Below are positions 7,613-17,849 of a DNA stretch of 64,000 bases, in pieces (the first letter of the stretch is position 1; every line of letters starts with the position of its first letter). The notes below the pieces were generated by a model, which saw only the letters and a list, made by a program, of their open reading frames with translations, did not search any database and was not told the DNA's origin. The translations under genes and the position numbers were made by a program. This DNA comes from Bacteroidota bacterium (GTDB lineage: Bacteria; Bacteroidota; Bacteroidia; UKL13-3): NCBI GenBank assembly GCA_947464275.1, contig CANHVU010000008.1, positions 17,082-81,081 of the forward strand, given 5' to 3'.

Positions 7613-9874
7613 CTAGTCTTGTTTAAAAACTTTTTTAACTACCGTATCTCCATCTTTCGAAATTACTTTAACTAAATATAAGCCATTGGTGTATTCTGAT
7701 ATATTTAACTCTGCACTTAAATCATTAGCTTCTATATTTTTAGTAACTATTAACTTACCTGTTATATCAAATATTTGAACCGCATTAGGTTTTTGATTTA
7801 AGGCTTCCCAATCAATTTTAACAATTCCGTTAGTTGGATTTGGATAAACATTGATTGCTGCTGTTTCTTTAACTTTTGGTTGTTCACTAATTGAGGTGCT
7901 AACTGTATTTTTTCCAATAATTATGTTTATACCTGAAACTTTATTTACTGTATTGTTAATATTAGCCAAAGCAGGAATAGTTTGTTTACCAGCCATTTCG
8001 CCCCAAACTTTATAATTTCCTACTGGCACTTTCCCGAAATCGAAAACGCCATCTGTATTTGTGTGCGTAAAGGCTACTGTTCTGCCACTTCCATCCACCA
8101 AATACACTAACATTTTTTCAGCAGGTTTACCAACCTCAATTGGTCCATTTTGATCAACCACACCTGTACCATATTTAACAAAACCCGAAATGTTTCCTTT
8201 GCCTGTAGAGTCATAAGTATATGGTATGAGGTCAATATCAATGCCACTTCTTTTGCCTTGAAAATATAAAACATCAGCCAAATCCCAATTCAATTTGTTT
8301 TTATAATAGGTTGGTAAATAAAACCCATTGTTGAAAGGGTCAAAAGCAAAATCAGCTTGCACCAAATAAAAACCCTTTTTCAAACTAATTGAATAATTTC
8401 CATTTTCATCGGTGCTGGTATAATTATTTTTGTATAACAAACCTGAAATTGAATCATAGCTGTATACATAAACTCCAGAATAATAAGCAGGCAATCCACC
8501 TTGTGTTATTTTTCCGCTTAGCACATAGTTTGGTCCAACACTTACAATTTTAGTTAATGAGTCACTGCAACCTGCAATATTATTCATTATTAAAGTAACA
8601 TTGTAAGTACCTTCATTGGCATAAGTATGGTTAAATGTACCACTGTCAATTCCCGAATAAATCAATCCATCTCCCCAATTAATGGTTATATTAGTAGGTG
8701 CCGAACTACCATAAGCTATTGATGAATTGTATAAAATTGCAGCATATTCGTAGTCATAAAGCTCGAAATTGGCCTTGCAAATGGCGGTTAAACTATTAAT
8801 TCTTACCGTATCGCAGCTCATTAACTGTATGTCACACAAATTAATTTGAGAATAAACGCAAACCTTATAACTACCAGTGTCAGTATAAATATGCGATATG
8901 CTGTTGGTTTGCATATAATCTTGATTTAAATCTCCATAATCAATTAAGTATTTTTCAAATAATGGCTCAGTATTACTTGAAGTTACAGTAAATAGTACTT
9001 TTTGATAATTGATTGTACTATTAAAGTTTATGTTACATAAAATTGTATCTGGTTGACTAATGGTTTTTTGAATGGTATCGCCACAAGTTGGACCAAACAT
9101 ATATAATTTTACTTCATAATTTCCTACTGCTGCATATTTATGTGTTGGTTCTTTTAAGTAACTTACATTTGTATTATCTCCAAAAACCCAAGTAAAGTTT
9201 ACCGTGGTATCAGGGCTTGTACTTAAATTTCTAAACTGAAATTGATTATCAATATATTCAAAATCAAAATCGGCAAAGCAAGGAGTATTAACGGTTACAT
9301 TCAAAGTATCGTGGTATATATCAAAATTATTGTTGCTATCTAAAATGGTTAAACTTACAATATATTGACCAGTAGCGTGATAATTATGTTTTACCAATTT
9401 ATCGTTACTCATTACGCCATCGCCAAAATCCCATTGATAGGTAATGATTGGAGAACCAGAAGTAGTACTTGAATCGCTGAAAAAATAATTACCATTTCCT
9501 AAATCAACAATACCAAATTTGGCATTAACTTCCTTGGTATTGCTAACCAAAATACTATCGCAAAACATGGCATTACCAGTGCATAAACTATCAACCAAGC
9601 AAACGCGGTATTTGCCAGCTTGTGAGTAGTTATGGCTTAATTGATACTCGCCATTATTTAAAACAGGGCTGCCATCTCCAAAATTCCAGTAAAAAGAATT
9701 GATACCAACATGCCACTCTGATTTATTTACAAAAACTACATTTTGGGCATTTTTATAATAATCAAATTTGGTGGCACATGGCTGCGCCCATAAAGTCATG
9801 GCTGAAAGCAGGAAAACTTGTAGTGTTAAAAACACTTTTCGTAAATTCATAGTGTTAAAAATTTTATTTTTCAT
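7613..9874 (-). CDS. PKD-repeat protein with a T9SS type A C-terminal sorting domain
   Basis: Signal peptide, repeated W[DN]FGDG PKD motifs, C-terminal VYPNP...GLYLVK...KKVFK. Confidence 0.9.
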   Translation of the reverse strand: MKNKIFNTMNLRKVFLTLQVFLLSAMTLWAQPCATKFDYYKNAQNVVFVNKSEWHVGINSFYWNFGDGSPVLNNGEYQLSHNYSQAGKYRVCLVDSLCTGNAMFCDSILVSNTKEVNAKFGIVDLGNGNYFFSDSSTTSGSPIITYQWDFGDGVMSNDKLVKHNYHATGQYIVSLTILDSNNNFDIYHDTLNVTVNTPCFADFDFEYIDNQFQFRNLSTSPDTTVNFTWVFGDNTNVSYLKEPTHKYAAVGNYEVKLYMFGPTCGDTIQKTISQPDTILCNINFNSTINYQKVLFTVTSSNTEPLFEKYLIDYGDLNQDYMQTNSISHIYTDTGSYKVCVYSQINLCDIQLMSCDTVRINSLTAICKANFELYDYEYAAILYNSSIAYGSSAPTNITINWGDGLIYSGIDSGTFNHTYANEGTYNVTLIMNNIAGCSDSLTKIVSVGPNYVLSGKITQGGLPAYYSGVYVYSYDSISGLLYKNNYTSTDENGNYSISLKKGFYLVQADFAFDPFNNGFYLPTYYKNKLNWDLADVLYFQGKRSGIDIDLIPYTYDSTGKGNISGFVKYGTGVVDQNGPIEVGKPAEKMLVYLVDGSGRTVAFTHTNTDGVFDFGKVPVGNYKVWGEMAGKQTIPALANINNTVNKVSGINIIIGKNTVSTSISEQPKVKETAAINVYPNPTNGIVKIDWEALNQKPNAVQIFDITGKLIVTKNIEANDLSAELNISEYTNGLYLVKVISKDGDTVVKKVFKQD

Positions 9875-9900
9875 GTTAATTTTAATTATTTGTTTTTTAC

Positions 9901-11223
9901 TTAAAAATTATACTTTAAACCGGTTTGTATTTGTAAGGTATTAGGTTGATGTAAAGAGCCATTTAAATATTTTAAATAATTGGCCGAAATATGAAGAGCC
10001 CAATTATGATATAATTTTTGATATCCACCAACACCCATAGTTGGCGCAAATAACAACTGATAATTATTATTGGTTTGGATGGTTTCATTAAATAAGCCAA
10101 TATTATTTACATTTGTTTCTTGCTGATAAATAACGGTACCTGTAATTCCTATTGCCCCATAAATACCTCGCTTTTCATTACCTAATTGATAGCGTAACTG
10201 AATTGGTAAATTGTAAAAAGCAATATTATTCTGGTACGAATTATTAGCATGATGCTCTACATTTTTTTCACTTGTAACAGTATCTATTTGCATCATTAAT
10301 CTTTTATAAAAAGCATTGTATTTAATAGTGGTATCAATGCTTTCAATATGTTTTTCGGTAGTTACAAATGCCCTTTTATTCATTTCAATTTGATTAAAAA
10401 ACAAGGCACTTAAACCAAAATTCAAACTCCAATTTTTACTCATATTAAATCCTGCATTGACACCTATTCCATTAAAATATTGGTTAGATGAATTATTCAG
10501 TTGTTTATAAACATTGCTTTGCAACAAATAACCTAACTCTACATAAGCCAAGTTTACCATTAATTTCCCTTTGGTTTTTAAGGTTTTGTTTTTTGCTGAA
10601 TCAATATCTATTGTATAAATTTTAGTTCTTAATGCATTTCTATTTTCAATACTTATTAATTGTGGCTGACTTAAATTAAGCAAATAGCTCTTGCTTGTTA
10701 AAAGTATTAAGTCACTCCAATTCTTAATCAATTCAATGCGGCCCTTTGTTTCAATAAGTGTATTTTGATTTGCAACATTTACCTCATTTCTGTTTTTATT
10801 TTCTATCTTACTTTTTTGAATGATTTGCTTAGCAACTGCGTTACCATCTTCCTTATTATTTGATAGTAATCTAGTTTTATTATTTGCAATTTCAGACGTT
10901 GTTAAATTAGGTTTTTCTAAATTAGTGAATGGTGCAATCGAAACTTCATCTTTTATAATTTCTTTAGTATCTTTTGGTTTTACAATACTTAACTGTTCAT
11001 TAGTAATTTTATTTAAATAAATAGCATAAACACTAAACAGCGAAACAGTTAAAATACTAATCCAAATCAAAAAGCTCATTTTACGTTTTTTATTGCCCTG
11101 TTTGTGGGCACGATAAGCCTTATCAAAGCTATCCCAATCACCATTGGTGGGCTGCTTTGGCGTTACTTGGCTTATTTTATCACCAAGTAATTTAAAAAAC
11201 TCATCGTCCTTGTTATAAAACAT
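9901..11223 (-). CDS. Putative anti-sigma factor with one TM helix and a C-terminal outer-membrane beta-barrel
   Basis: Overlaps the ECF sigma stop codon. TM helix at about aa 50-70, an N/K-rich linker, amphipathic strands (YNLPIQLRY) and a terminal Phe (GLKYNF). Confidence 0.7.
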   Translation of the reverse strand: MFYNKDDEFFKLLGDKISQVTPKQPTNGDWDSFDKAYRAHKQGNKKRKMSFLIWISILTVSLFSVYAIYLNKITNEQLSIVKPKDTKEIIKDEVSIAPFTNLEKPNLTTSEIANNKTRLLSNNKEDGNAVAKQIIQKSKIENKNRNEVNVANQNTLIETKGRIELIKNWSDLILLTSKSYLLNLSQPQLISIENRNALRTKIYTIDIDSAKNKTLKTKGKLMVNLAYVELGYLLQSNVYKQLNNSSNQYFNGIGVNAGFNMSKNWSLNFGLSALFFNQIEMNKRAFVTTEKHIESIDTTIKYNAFYKRLMMQIDTVTSEKNVEHHANNSYQNNIAFYNLPIQLRYQLGNEKRGIYGAIGITGTVIYQQETNVNNIGLFNETIQTNNNYQLLFAPTMGVGGYQKLYHNWALHISANYLKYLNGSLHQPNTLQIQTGLKYNF

Positions 11224-11770
11224 ACGTATTTAAACTATTAACTAATTTTTTTAAAATGGCTCTTCCTTTCGATAATTGCGATTTTGAAGTTCCTTCACTA
11301 ATACCCAAATTTTCGCTTATTTGCTTATGGCTTAAACCTTCAATGGCATATAAATTAACCACTGTTCGATAGCCATCAGGTAATTTTTGCAATAAACTCA
11401 AAGCTTCATCGGGCGAAAGTTCTTTTACCAATTCGTTATCAAAATCAGGTAAATCTGGAACCAAAAACTCGTTTTCGCTAATGGATAAAAATGAATTTTT
11501 ATTTTTTGCTTTTAAGTAACTTATTGCATGGTTAACCATTATACGGCTTAACCAAGTACTTAAGCTACTTTCACCTTTAAATTTTTTTACTCCTTCAAAA
11601 GCTTTAATAAATCCTTCTTGTAAAATATCTTTAGCTTCATCTTCATTTTTGGCAAACCTGATGCAAATAGCAAACATTTTAGAATAGTATTTATCAAAAA
11701 ACAGGCGTTGAAAACGACTATCTTCCTTAATACACCCTAATATGATTTCTTGATCGGTAAAATCCTTCAT
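11213..11770 (-). CDS. ECF RNA polymerase sigma-70 factor
   Basis: DILQEGFIK, STWLSRIMVN, LPDGYRTVVNLYAIEGLSHKQI...GTSKSQLS. Confidence 0.95.
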   Translation of the reverse strand: MKDFTDQEIILGCIKEDSRFQRLFFDKYYSKMFAICIRFAKNEDEAKDILQEGFIKAFEGVKKFKGESSLSTWLSRIMVNHAISYLKAKNKNSFLSISENEFLVPDLPDFDNELVKELSPDEALSLLQKLPDGYRTVVNLYAIEGLSHKQISENLGISEGTSKSQLSKGRAILKKLVNSLNTYVL

Positions 11771-11786
11771 TCCATTTATTACTAAA

Positions 11787-11812
11787 TAGACACACTTTTG
11801 TAAAAAGGTTGC
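11787..11812 (-). promoter_or_regulatory. Putative autoregulatory ECF promoter
   Basis: The minus strand reads GCAACC-N15-GTCTA just upstream of the ECF start codon. Confidence 0.55.
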
Positions 11813-12177
11813 CTAGCTACTTCTTATTTTTATTAAAAAACAATGTTTTTAATAAAAAGATTTGACAATGAAGAATTTAAATAAAGATAGGATTACTTAA
11901 TACTATTTTAAATTTCCAATGCGAGCTTATTTCAATTCGTGAAACAACATTTTATTTTGTTCCACAACTATTTTATTAACTATTAGCACTCTGCAAAACC
12001 AAAGTTCAGTTATCAACACGCATGTTGACAAGGAGTGTATATGTTACCTTGTCAAATGGCGTTATTTGGTAAATACAAAATATAAAAATAATTGGTGTTT
12101 AATTAAAAACCAATTGGTTAAATAATAAATATATTAATTACAAAAAAATATAAAATTAAGTTGAACAAATACTTAGC

Positions 12178-12990
12178 ATGGCAAAAATAATAGCAATAGC
12201 AAATCAAAAAGGTGGAGTTGGAAAAACTACAACTGCCATTAATTTATCGGCAAGCTTAGCAGCTTTAGAGTTTAAAACTCTATTGGTAGATGCTGATCCT
12301 CAAGCAAATTCAGCTTCAGGTACAGGATTTGATCCGCGTGAAGTTTCAACTGGTTTGTATGAGGTAATGGTTAATGAAACTCCAACCACCAATGCAATAG
12401 TACATACTGAGCTGCAATACATGGATTTACTTCCATCAAATATTGATTTAGTTGGGGCAGAAATTGAATTGGTTAACTTACCCAACAGAGAAAAGTTGTT
12501 AAAATTTGCATTAGATTCTATTAGAAAAGATTACGATTTTATCATTATTGATTGCTCGCCAAGTTTGGGTTTAATTACCACCAATGCTTTAGTAGCTAGC
12601 GATAGTGTTATAGTTCCAGTTCAGTGCGAGTATTTTGCATTAGAAGGTTTAGGTAAATTATTAAATACCATCAAAATTGTACAACAAAGTTTAAATACCA
12701 ATTTACAAATTGAAGGAATATTATTAACTATGTATGACATGCGTTTACGCTTGAGTAACCAAGTGGTTGAAGAGGTTAAAATGCATTTTCAACAATTGGT
12801 TTTTGATACCATTATTCAACGTAATACTAAGTTAAGCGAGGCTCCAAGTTTTGGTAAACCTGTAATTCTTCATGATGCAGAAAGTCGTGGCTCAATTAAT
12901 TACATGAATCTTGCAAAAGAATTATTAGCAAAAAATGGCTTAATTGAGGGTTTTAATAATCCAAATTCAGACACGCAATCATTAAATTAG
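12178..12990 (+). CDS. parA: Chromosome partitioning ATPase ParA/Soj
   Basis: [43 protein letters not shown]. Confidence 0.97.
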   Translation: MAKIIAIANQKGGVGKTTTAINLSASLAALEFKTLLVDADPQANSASGTGFDPREVSTGLYEVMVNETPTTNAIVHTELQYMDLLPSNIDLVGAEIELVNLPNREKLLKFALDSIRKDYDFIIIDCSPSLGLITTNALVASDSVIVPVQCEYFALEGLGKLLNTIKIVQQSLNTNLQIEGILLTMYDMRLRLSNQVVEEVKMHFQQLVFDTIIQRNTKLSEAPSFGKPVILHDAESRGSINYMNLAKELLAKNGLIEGFNNPNSDTQSLN

Positions 12991-13021
12991 TAGTCAAAAA
13001 AAAGTAGTAGAAAGATATAAA

Positions 13022-13933
13022 ATGAGTAACCCACGCAGAAACGCATTAGGACGAGGATTAAGTGCATTACTTGAAAATGCCGCAACTGATATTACCACAA
13101 CCGAATCAAAACCGGTTAATTCTATTAGCGAAGTTCCTATTTCGCAAGTAGAAGCAAATCCATTTCAACCTAGAACCGATTTTAAAGAAGAAGAATTAAA
13201 CGAATTAGCAGAAAGTATCAAGGTACATGGAGTAATTCAGCCTATTACTGTTCGTAAAATTGGATTTGATAGGTACCAATTAATTAGTGGGGAACGCAGA
13301 ACGCGCGCCTCACGAATTGCCGGTTTAGAAAAAATTCCTGCCTATATTCGCTTAGCCGATGACCAAGGAATGCTAGAAATGGCATTGATTGAAAACATTC
13401 AACGCGAAAATTTAAACGCTATGGAAGTGGCTTTAAGCTACAAACGCCTTATGGACGAATGTAAATTAAACCAAGAGGAATTAGGCGATAGAGTTGGTAA
13501 AAACCGTAGTACTGTTAATAATTACATGCGTTTATTAAAACTTCCTGATAATATTCAAGCCGCTTTGAGAGATGATAAAATTTCGATGGGACACGCACGT
13601 GCCATAATAAATATTGACAATGCCGATGAGCAACAATATTTATTTAACGAAATGGTTTTAAAAGATTTATCGGTTCGTCAGGTAGAAGCTTTGGTACGTG
13701 AAGCTAGTGAAAGAGCCAAACAAGATCAATCACTTATTGAAGATGAAAAACCTAAAAGCAAAAAAGTTTCAAAATTACCTTTAAGTGAAGTAGTAACTGA
13801 ATTTCAAAAACTATTAACTGATAAATTTGGTAATAAAGTAAAAATTACCAATGATGAAAAGGGAAAAGGAAATATTACTATTCCTTTTAAATCTGAAGCT
13901 GATTTGAACAAAATTTTAGATATGCTATCTTAA
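13022..13933 (+). CDS. parB: Chromosome partitioning protein ParB
   Basis: LGRGLSALL, NPFQPR, GERRTRA, IENIQRENLN. Confidence 0.97.
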   Translation: MSNPRRNALGRGLSALLENAATDITTTESKPVNSISEVPISQVEANPFQPRTDFKEEELNELAESIKVHGVIQPITVRKIGFDRYQLISGERRTRASRIAGLEKIPAYIRLADDQGMLEMALIENIQRENLNAMEVALSYKRLMDECKLNQEELGDRVGKNRSTVNNYMRLLKLPDNIQAALRDDKISMGHARAIINIDNADEQQYLFNEMVLKDLSVRQVEALVREASERAKQDQSLIEDEKPKSKKVSKLPLSEVVTEFQKLLTDKFGNKVKITNDEKGKGNITIPFKSEADLNKILDMLS

Positions 13934-13945
13934 TAGTAATCAGAT

Positions 13946-13978
13946 AAAAAAGCCAACTTTAATAAAGTTGGCTTTTTT
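13946..13978. terminator. Bidirectional intrinsic terminator
   Basis: AAAAAAGCCAACTTT-aat-AAAGTTGGCTTTTTT between convergent genes. Confidence 0.85.
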
Positions 13979-13981
13979 TAT

Positions 13982-15091
13982 TTAAAATTCCCACCATATT
14001 ATGCTGTCAGGATAATTTTTATTTATTGTAATTACCTCTCCAATTAATGGCGTTGTTATAGGCATTTTCATTTCTTTGGCCTTAGCTGTTACTTTTTTTA
14101 TAGGTTCATTCCAAGGATGCAAAGCCAAAGTAAATTTACTCCAATGAACAGGCATTAACACGCTAGCTTTTAAATCAATAGCAGCTTGAACCACTTCTTC
14201 AGGCATCATATGAATATAACCCCACATTTTATTGTATTGACCACATTCTAATAAAACCAAATCGAAAGGACCATATTTTTGTCCAATTTCCTTAAAATGA
14301 GTATCAAATCCACTATCACCTCCTAAAAATATTTTTTCTGTTGGTGTTTGTAAAATGTATGAAGCCCACAAACTTTGATTTCTTTTGAATTTTCTGCCTG
14401 AGAAATGACGACCCGGAGCGGCTGTTAGAATAATATCATCAGTTACTTTTATTGATTCCCACCAATCAAATTCAGTAATTAGCGAATCGTTAATACCCCA
14501 TAAATTTAAATGAGACCCAACCCCTAGCGAAGTATAAAAATGTTTAGTTTTATTTTTTAACTCCATTATCGTTTTATAATCCATATGATCATAGTGATCG
14601 TGTGTAATTATAACCATATCTATTTGAGGAAAATCGCTTATTTTATATTCATTGCTACCGCTAAAATTTTTTCCAAAAAAACTAACAGGCGAAGCATTGC
14701 CACTAAAAACTGGATCTACCAAAATAGTCAAACCATTGGTTTTTATTAAATAACTTGAATGTCCAAACCAAATAATTTGCGTTTTTTCTGTATCAAGATT
14801 ATTTAAATTGGTTTTTATAAAAGGTAATGAATGTGGAGGTTCTGTGTTTTTAGGTTTGTTCAAATACGCTTTTAAAATATCCCAATAACTTGTTCCTTCT
14901 GCTAAATCAGGCGTAAAATGTTGGTTTTGGAAAGCCCCATCTCGGTAGTTGGGTGATTTTTTTATTCGTTCCAATCTGGGTCCAGTTGGCAGTTGTCCAA
15001 ATTGTTTTTGTTCTAAAAATAAATAGCTTCCCGTTGATAAACTTAGTAAAATTGCAATAAATATTATCATTCGTTTTTTTGTGTTTGACAC
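13982..15091 (-). CDS. MBL-fold metallo-hydrolase (RomA/NAPE-PLD-like)
   Basis: WFGHSS, THDHYDHMD, HFSGR, GGDSG, PVHWSKF. Confidence 0.88.
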   Translation of the reverse strand: MSNTKKRMIIFIAILLSLSTGSYLFLEQKQFGQLPTGPRLERIKKSPNYRDGAFQNQHFTPDLAEGTSYWDILKAYLNKPKNTEPPHSLPFIKTNLNNLDTEKTQIIWFGHSSYLIKTNGLTILVDPVFSGNASPVSFFGKNFSGSNEYKISDFPQIDMVIITHDHYDHMDYKTIMELKNKTKHFYTSLGVGSHLNLWGINDSLITEFDWWESIKVTDDIILTAAPGRHFSGRKFKRNQSLWASYILQTPTEKIFLGGDSGFDTHFKEIGQKYGPFDLVLLECGQYNKMWGYIHMMPEEVVQAAIDLKASVLMPVHWSKFTLALHPWNEPIKKVTAKAKEMKMPITTPLIGEVITINKNYPDSIIWWEF

Positions 15092-15187
15092 TTGTTTAAT
15101 GTTTTATAATTTACAAATGAAACCAATTATTAGTTTCAATTAAACCTTAGTTTTTAATATCAACCGAATTATTATTTAAACGGAAAA

Positions 15188-15763
15188 TTATCGATACAAA
15201 TCATTTTCGTCTATAAATTCTTTCACAACTTTTGGCACCAAATACCTGATTGATTTACCTGCTTGTAAAGTTTCTCTAATATAAGTAGATGAAATATTGA
15301 GCAAAGGAACTTCGTATAAACTAATTTTTTTGTGGTTGGCTAATAATGGATTTTCATGAAATCCAGCCCTGCGGTATACAAATAGCTGATAGTTCTCTAA
15401 AATGCTTTCGTAGTTTTTCCATAAATGAAAACTTTGTAAATTATCACCTCCAATAATTGGAGTAAACTGATGTTCGGGATATTTTTCCGCAAGCGTTGTT
15501 AGGGTTAAATAGGTATAATTAGGTTTGGGCATTCCAAATTCAATACTGCATGCTTCAAATCTGTTATCATCGGCTATAGCCATTTCTATCATTTTTAACC
15601 GCAAATTTTCATCAAGCAATTCATCGTTTACTTTAAATGGATTTTGCGGACTTACCACAAACCAAATTTTATCCAACTCGGTATATTCTACCATGTAATT
15701 GGCTATTAATAAATGCCCTGTATGAATGGGATTAAACGACCCAAATAACAAACCTATTTTCAT
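15188..15763 (-). CDS. nadD: Nicotinate-nucleotide adenylyltransferase
   Basis: GSFNPIHTGH, ISSTYIR. Confidence 0.95.
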   Translation of the reverse strand: MKIGLLFGSFNPIHTGHLLIANYMVEYTELDKIWFVVSPQNPFKVNDELLDENLRLKMIEMAIADDNRFEACSIEFGMPKPNYTYLTLTTLAEKYPEHQFTPIIGGDNLQSFHLWKNYESILENYQLFVYRRAGFHENPLLANHKKISLYEVPLLNISSTYIRETLQAGKSIRYLVPKVVKEFIDENDLYR

Positions 15764-15766
15764 TGT

Positions 15767-16330
15767 TTACTTTGCTATAAAATCATTTACTAATTGTTCT
15801 GCTTTTTGCAATGCTTCACGTAAATTTTCGTTTACTAAAACAGTTTCAAATTTGCTTTCATAAGCCAATTCTAAAACAGCTTTTCCAACCCTAACTTGTA
15901 ATGTTTCTTCAGTTTCTGTAGAGCGTTCTTTTAAGCGTTGAGCAAGAATTTCAACGCTTGGTGGTTTTACAAAAATGGCCAAGGCTTTATCTTCAAAATG
16001 CTTTTTAAGGTTTAATCCACCTACTACATCTACATCAAAAATCACCACTTTGCCTTCAGCCCAAATTCTGTCAATTTCCGATTTTAAAGTACCGTAAAAA
16101 TTACCTCCATAAACTTCTTCATATTCTAAAAACTCACCATGAACCAGTTTGTTTTTAAAATCCTCGTGAGTTAAAAAATAATAGTCTTTACCATGCACCT
16201 CATTGGCTCTTTGCGCGCGTGTGCAAGCCGATACTGAAAAAGCCAATTGCTTATTTACACTTAATAAATGTTTTACAATGGTGGTTTTTCCGCTGCCACT
16301 TGGCGCACAAAATATAATTACTTTATTCAT
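15767..16330 (-). CDS. gmk: Guanylate kinase
   Basis: APSGSGKTT, GKDYYF, YGTL, DVDVVG. Confidence 0.95.
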   Translation of the reverse strand: MNKVIIFCAPSGSGKTTIVKHLLSVNKQLAFSVSACTRAQRANEVHGKDYYFLTHEDFKNKLVHGEFLEYEEVYGGNFYGTLKSEIDRIWAEGKVVIFDVDVVGGLNLKKHFEDKALAIFVKPPSVEILAQRLKERSTETEETLQVRVGKAVLELAYESKFETVLVNENLREALQKAEQLVNDFIAK

Positions 16331-16343
16331 TTTCTTCTTTTTA

Positions 16344-16417
16344 TTTCCCGCAGATTTCGCTGATAACCGCAGAAATCTGTGTAATTAATTTCTGTGAAAT
16401 CTGTGTTATCTGTGGCT
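16344..16417. repeat. Inverted pair of roughly 9-bp-periodic (CGCAGA/CACAGA) repeats with no cargo gene
   Basis: TTTCCCGCAGATTTCGCTGATAACCGCAGAAAT ... ATTTCTGTGAAATCTGTGTTATCTGTGGCT; the right arm matches 61447-61475 at 26/29 positions. Confidence 0.75.
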
Positions 16418-16424
16418 AAAGTCT

Positions 16425-17306
16425 TTAGCAAATATTATTGATTTGTTCCTTAATTTTCTCTAATTCATCTTTCATTTCTACCACCAATCGCTGCATATTG
16501 CTATCGTTACTTTTGCTACCAATGGTATTGATTTCGCGGCCCATTTCCTGAGCAATAAAACCTAATTTTTTACCATTAGTTTCTTGTTTTAAAGTTTCTA
16601 AAAAGAAAGTACAATGCTCGGTTAACCTCGATTTTTCCTCGTTAATATCTAGTTTTTCAATATAATAAATCAGCTCTTGTTCGAAACGGTTTTTATCAAT
16701 CAAATCGGTTTGTAAGCTACTTAACTCCTTAGCTATTTTAGCCCTTACATTTTCTATTCTTGCAGTTTCAAAAGGTGCTAAAGCAATCAATTTGTTTTGA
16801 ATACTTTGGCATAAATTAATCAATTCAGTTGCCAAAATTTCACCTTCGCGTGTTCTAAATTTATTAAACTCAACCAAGGCATTGTTAACAGTATTTACTA
16901 TTATTTTCCAATCATCTTCATTGGTGCCCTCATCTTCTTTACTCTGAATAATTCCAGGGAAATCAAAAATAGATTTAAATAGTTGACTACTTGGTATATT
17001 AGTTTGTGTAGAAAGGTTACTTATTTGAGTTAAATAAAATTGCGCCACATCTTGATTGATAGGCAAATATGAATCGTTGGTGTTTTTGCTTGAAACATTA
17101 ATACTAATGCTAATACTGCCTCTTTCTAGCTTTTTCGATAAATCATTGCGCAGCTCCAACTCCTTATTTTGCAAATTGCGAGGCATACGAATATTAATAT
17201 CTAAAAACTTACCATTTAAAGCTTTAATATCTACTTTGCATAAAAATTGGTCTGTATCGGTTTCAGCTTGCCCAAAACCAGTCATTGATTTTATCATATT
17301 TTTCAA
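16425..17306 (-). CDS. yicC: YicC/YloC family endoribonuclease
   Basis: SMTGFG, EKLDINEE, GKKLGFIAQEMGREINTIGSK; adjacent to gmk. The true start may be the second Met. Confidence 0.93.
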   Translation of the reverse strand: MKNMIKSMTGFGQAETDTDQFLCKVDIKALNGKFLDINIRMPRNLQNKELELRNDLSKKLERGSISISINVSSKNTNDSYLPINQDVAQFYLTQISNLSTQTNIPSSQLFKSIFDFPGIIQSKEDEGTNEDDWKIIVNTVNNALVEFNKFRTREGEILATELINLCQSIQNKLIALAPFETARIENVRAKIAKELSSLQTDLIDKNRFEQELIYYIEKLDINEEKSRLTEHCTFFLETLKQETNGKKLGFIAQEMGREINTIGSKSNDSNMQRLVVEMKDELEKIKEQINNIC

Positions 17307-17335
17307 AAAAAAGAAGGCGAAAGTAGGTTAAATTT

Positions 17336-17430
17336 GTGAATTATGATTTATGATTTGTGAAGTTCACTATAAGTATTGAATTCATTAGCATCAAGACAAA
17401 AATCAAAGATCAGCAATCAAAAATCAAAAC
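17336..17430. repeat. Inverted heptamer-periodic repeats
   Basis: TTATGAT TTATGAT TTGTGAA ... AATCAAA GATCAGC AATCAAA AATCAAA. Confidence 0.6.
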
Positions 17431-17474
17431 TCACTTAATCTTCTAATCTTGTAATCATTCAATTTAGCTTATAT

Positions 17475-17849
17475 TTGCCTTTCATGAAATCAATAATATT
17501 TGTAGCCCTTGGAGGTGCGTTGGGAGCGGTTTTACGCTATTTGTTTTCTGTATTATTAAAAGATTACACCCAAGTACAGTTTCCAATTAACACCTTTTTG
17601 GTAAATGCCATTGGCTGCTTTTGCATTGGTTTGTGTTATGCTTTGTTTTTAAATAATAATCATTTCGATACTATCAAATTGCTTCTTATCGTAGGTGTTT
17701 TAGGTGGTTTTACTACTTATTCATCATTCGCTTTCGAAACCATTACTATGTTAAAACAACAGCTTTTTAAACAGGCTTTTGCTTATATTTTATTAACCAA
17801 TTTGGTGTGCATTGGGTTTGCATATTTAGGATTTTCAATTAAAAGCTAA
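17475..17849 (+). CDS. crcB: Fluoride efflux channel CrcB/FluC
   Basis: GGALGAVLRY, GGFTTYSSF. The start is probably ATG at 17484. Confidence 0.95.
   Translation: MPFMKSIIFVALGGALGAVLRYLFSVLLKDYTQVQFPINTFLVNAIGCFCIGLCYALFLNNNHFDTIKLLLIVGVLGGFTTYSSFAFETITMLKQQLFKQAFAYILLTNLVCIGFAYLGFSIKS

Noticed and set aside
12178-13933. Plasmid or prophage partition module
   Set aside because: The proteins are chromosomal Soj/Spo0J type in a housekeeping context with no phage or rep genes.
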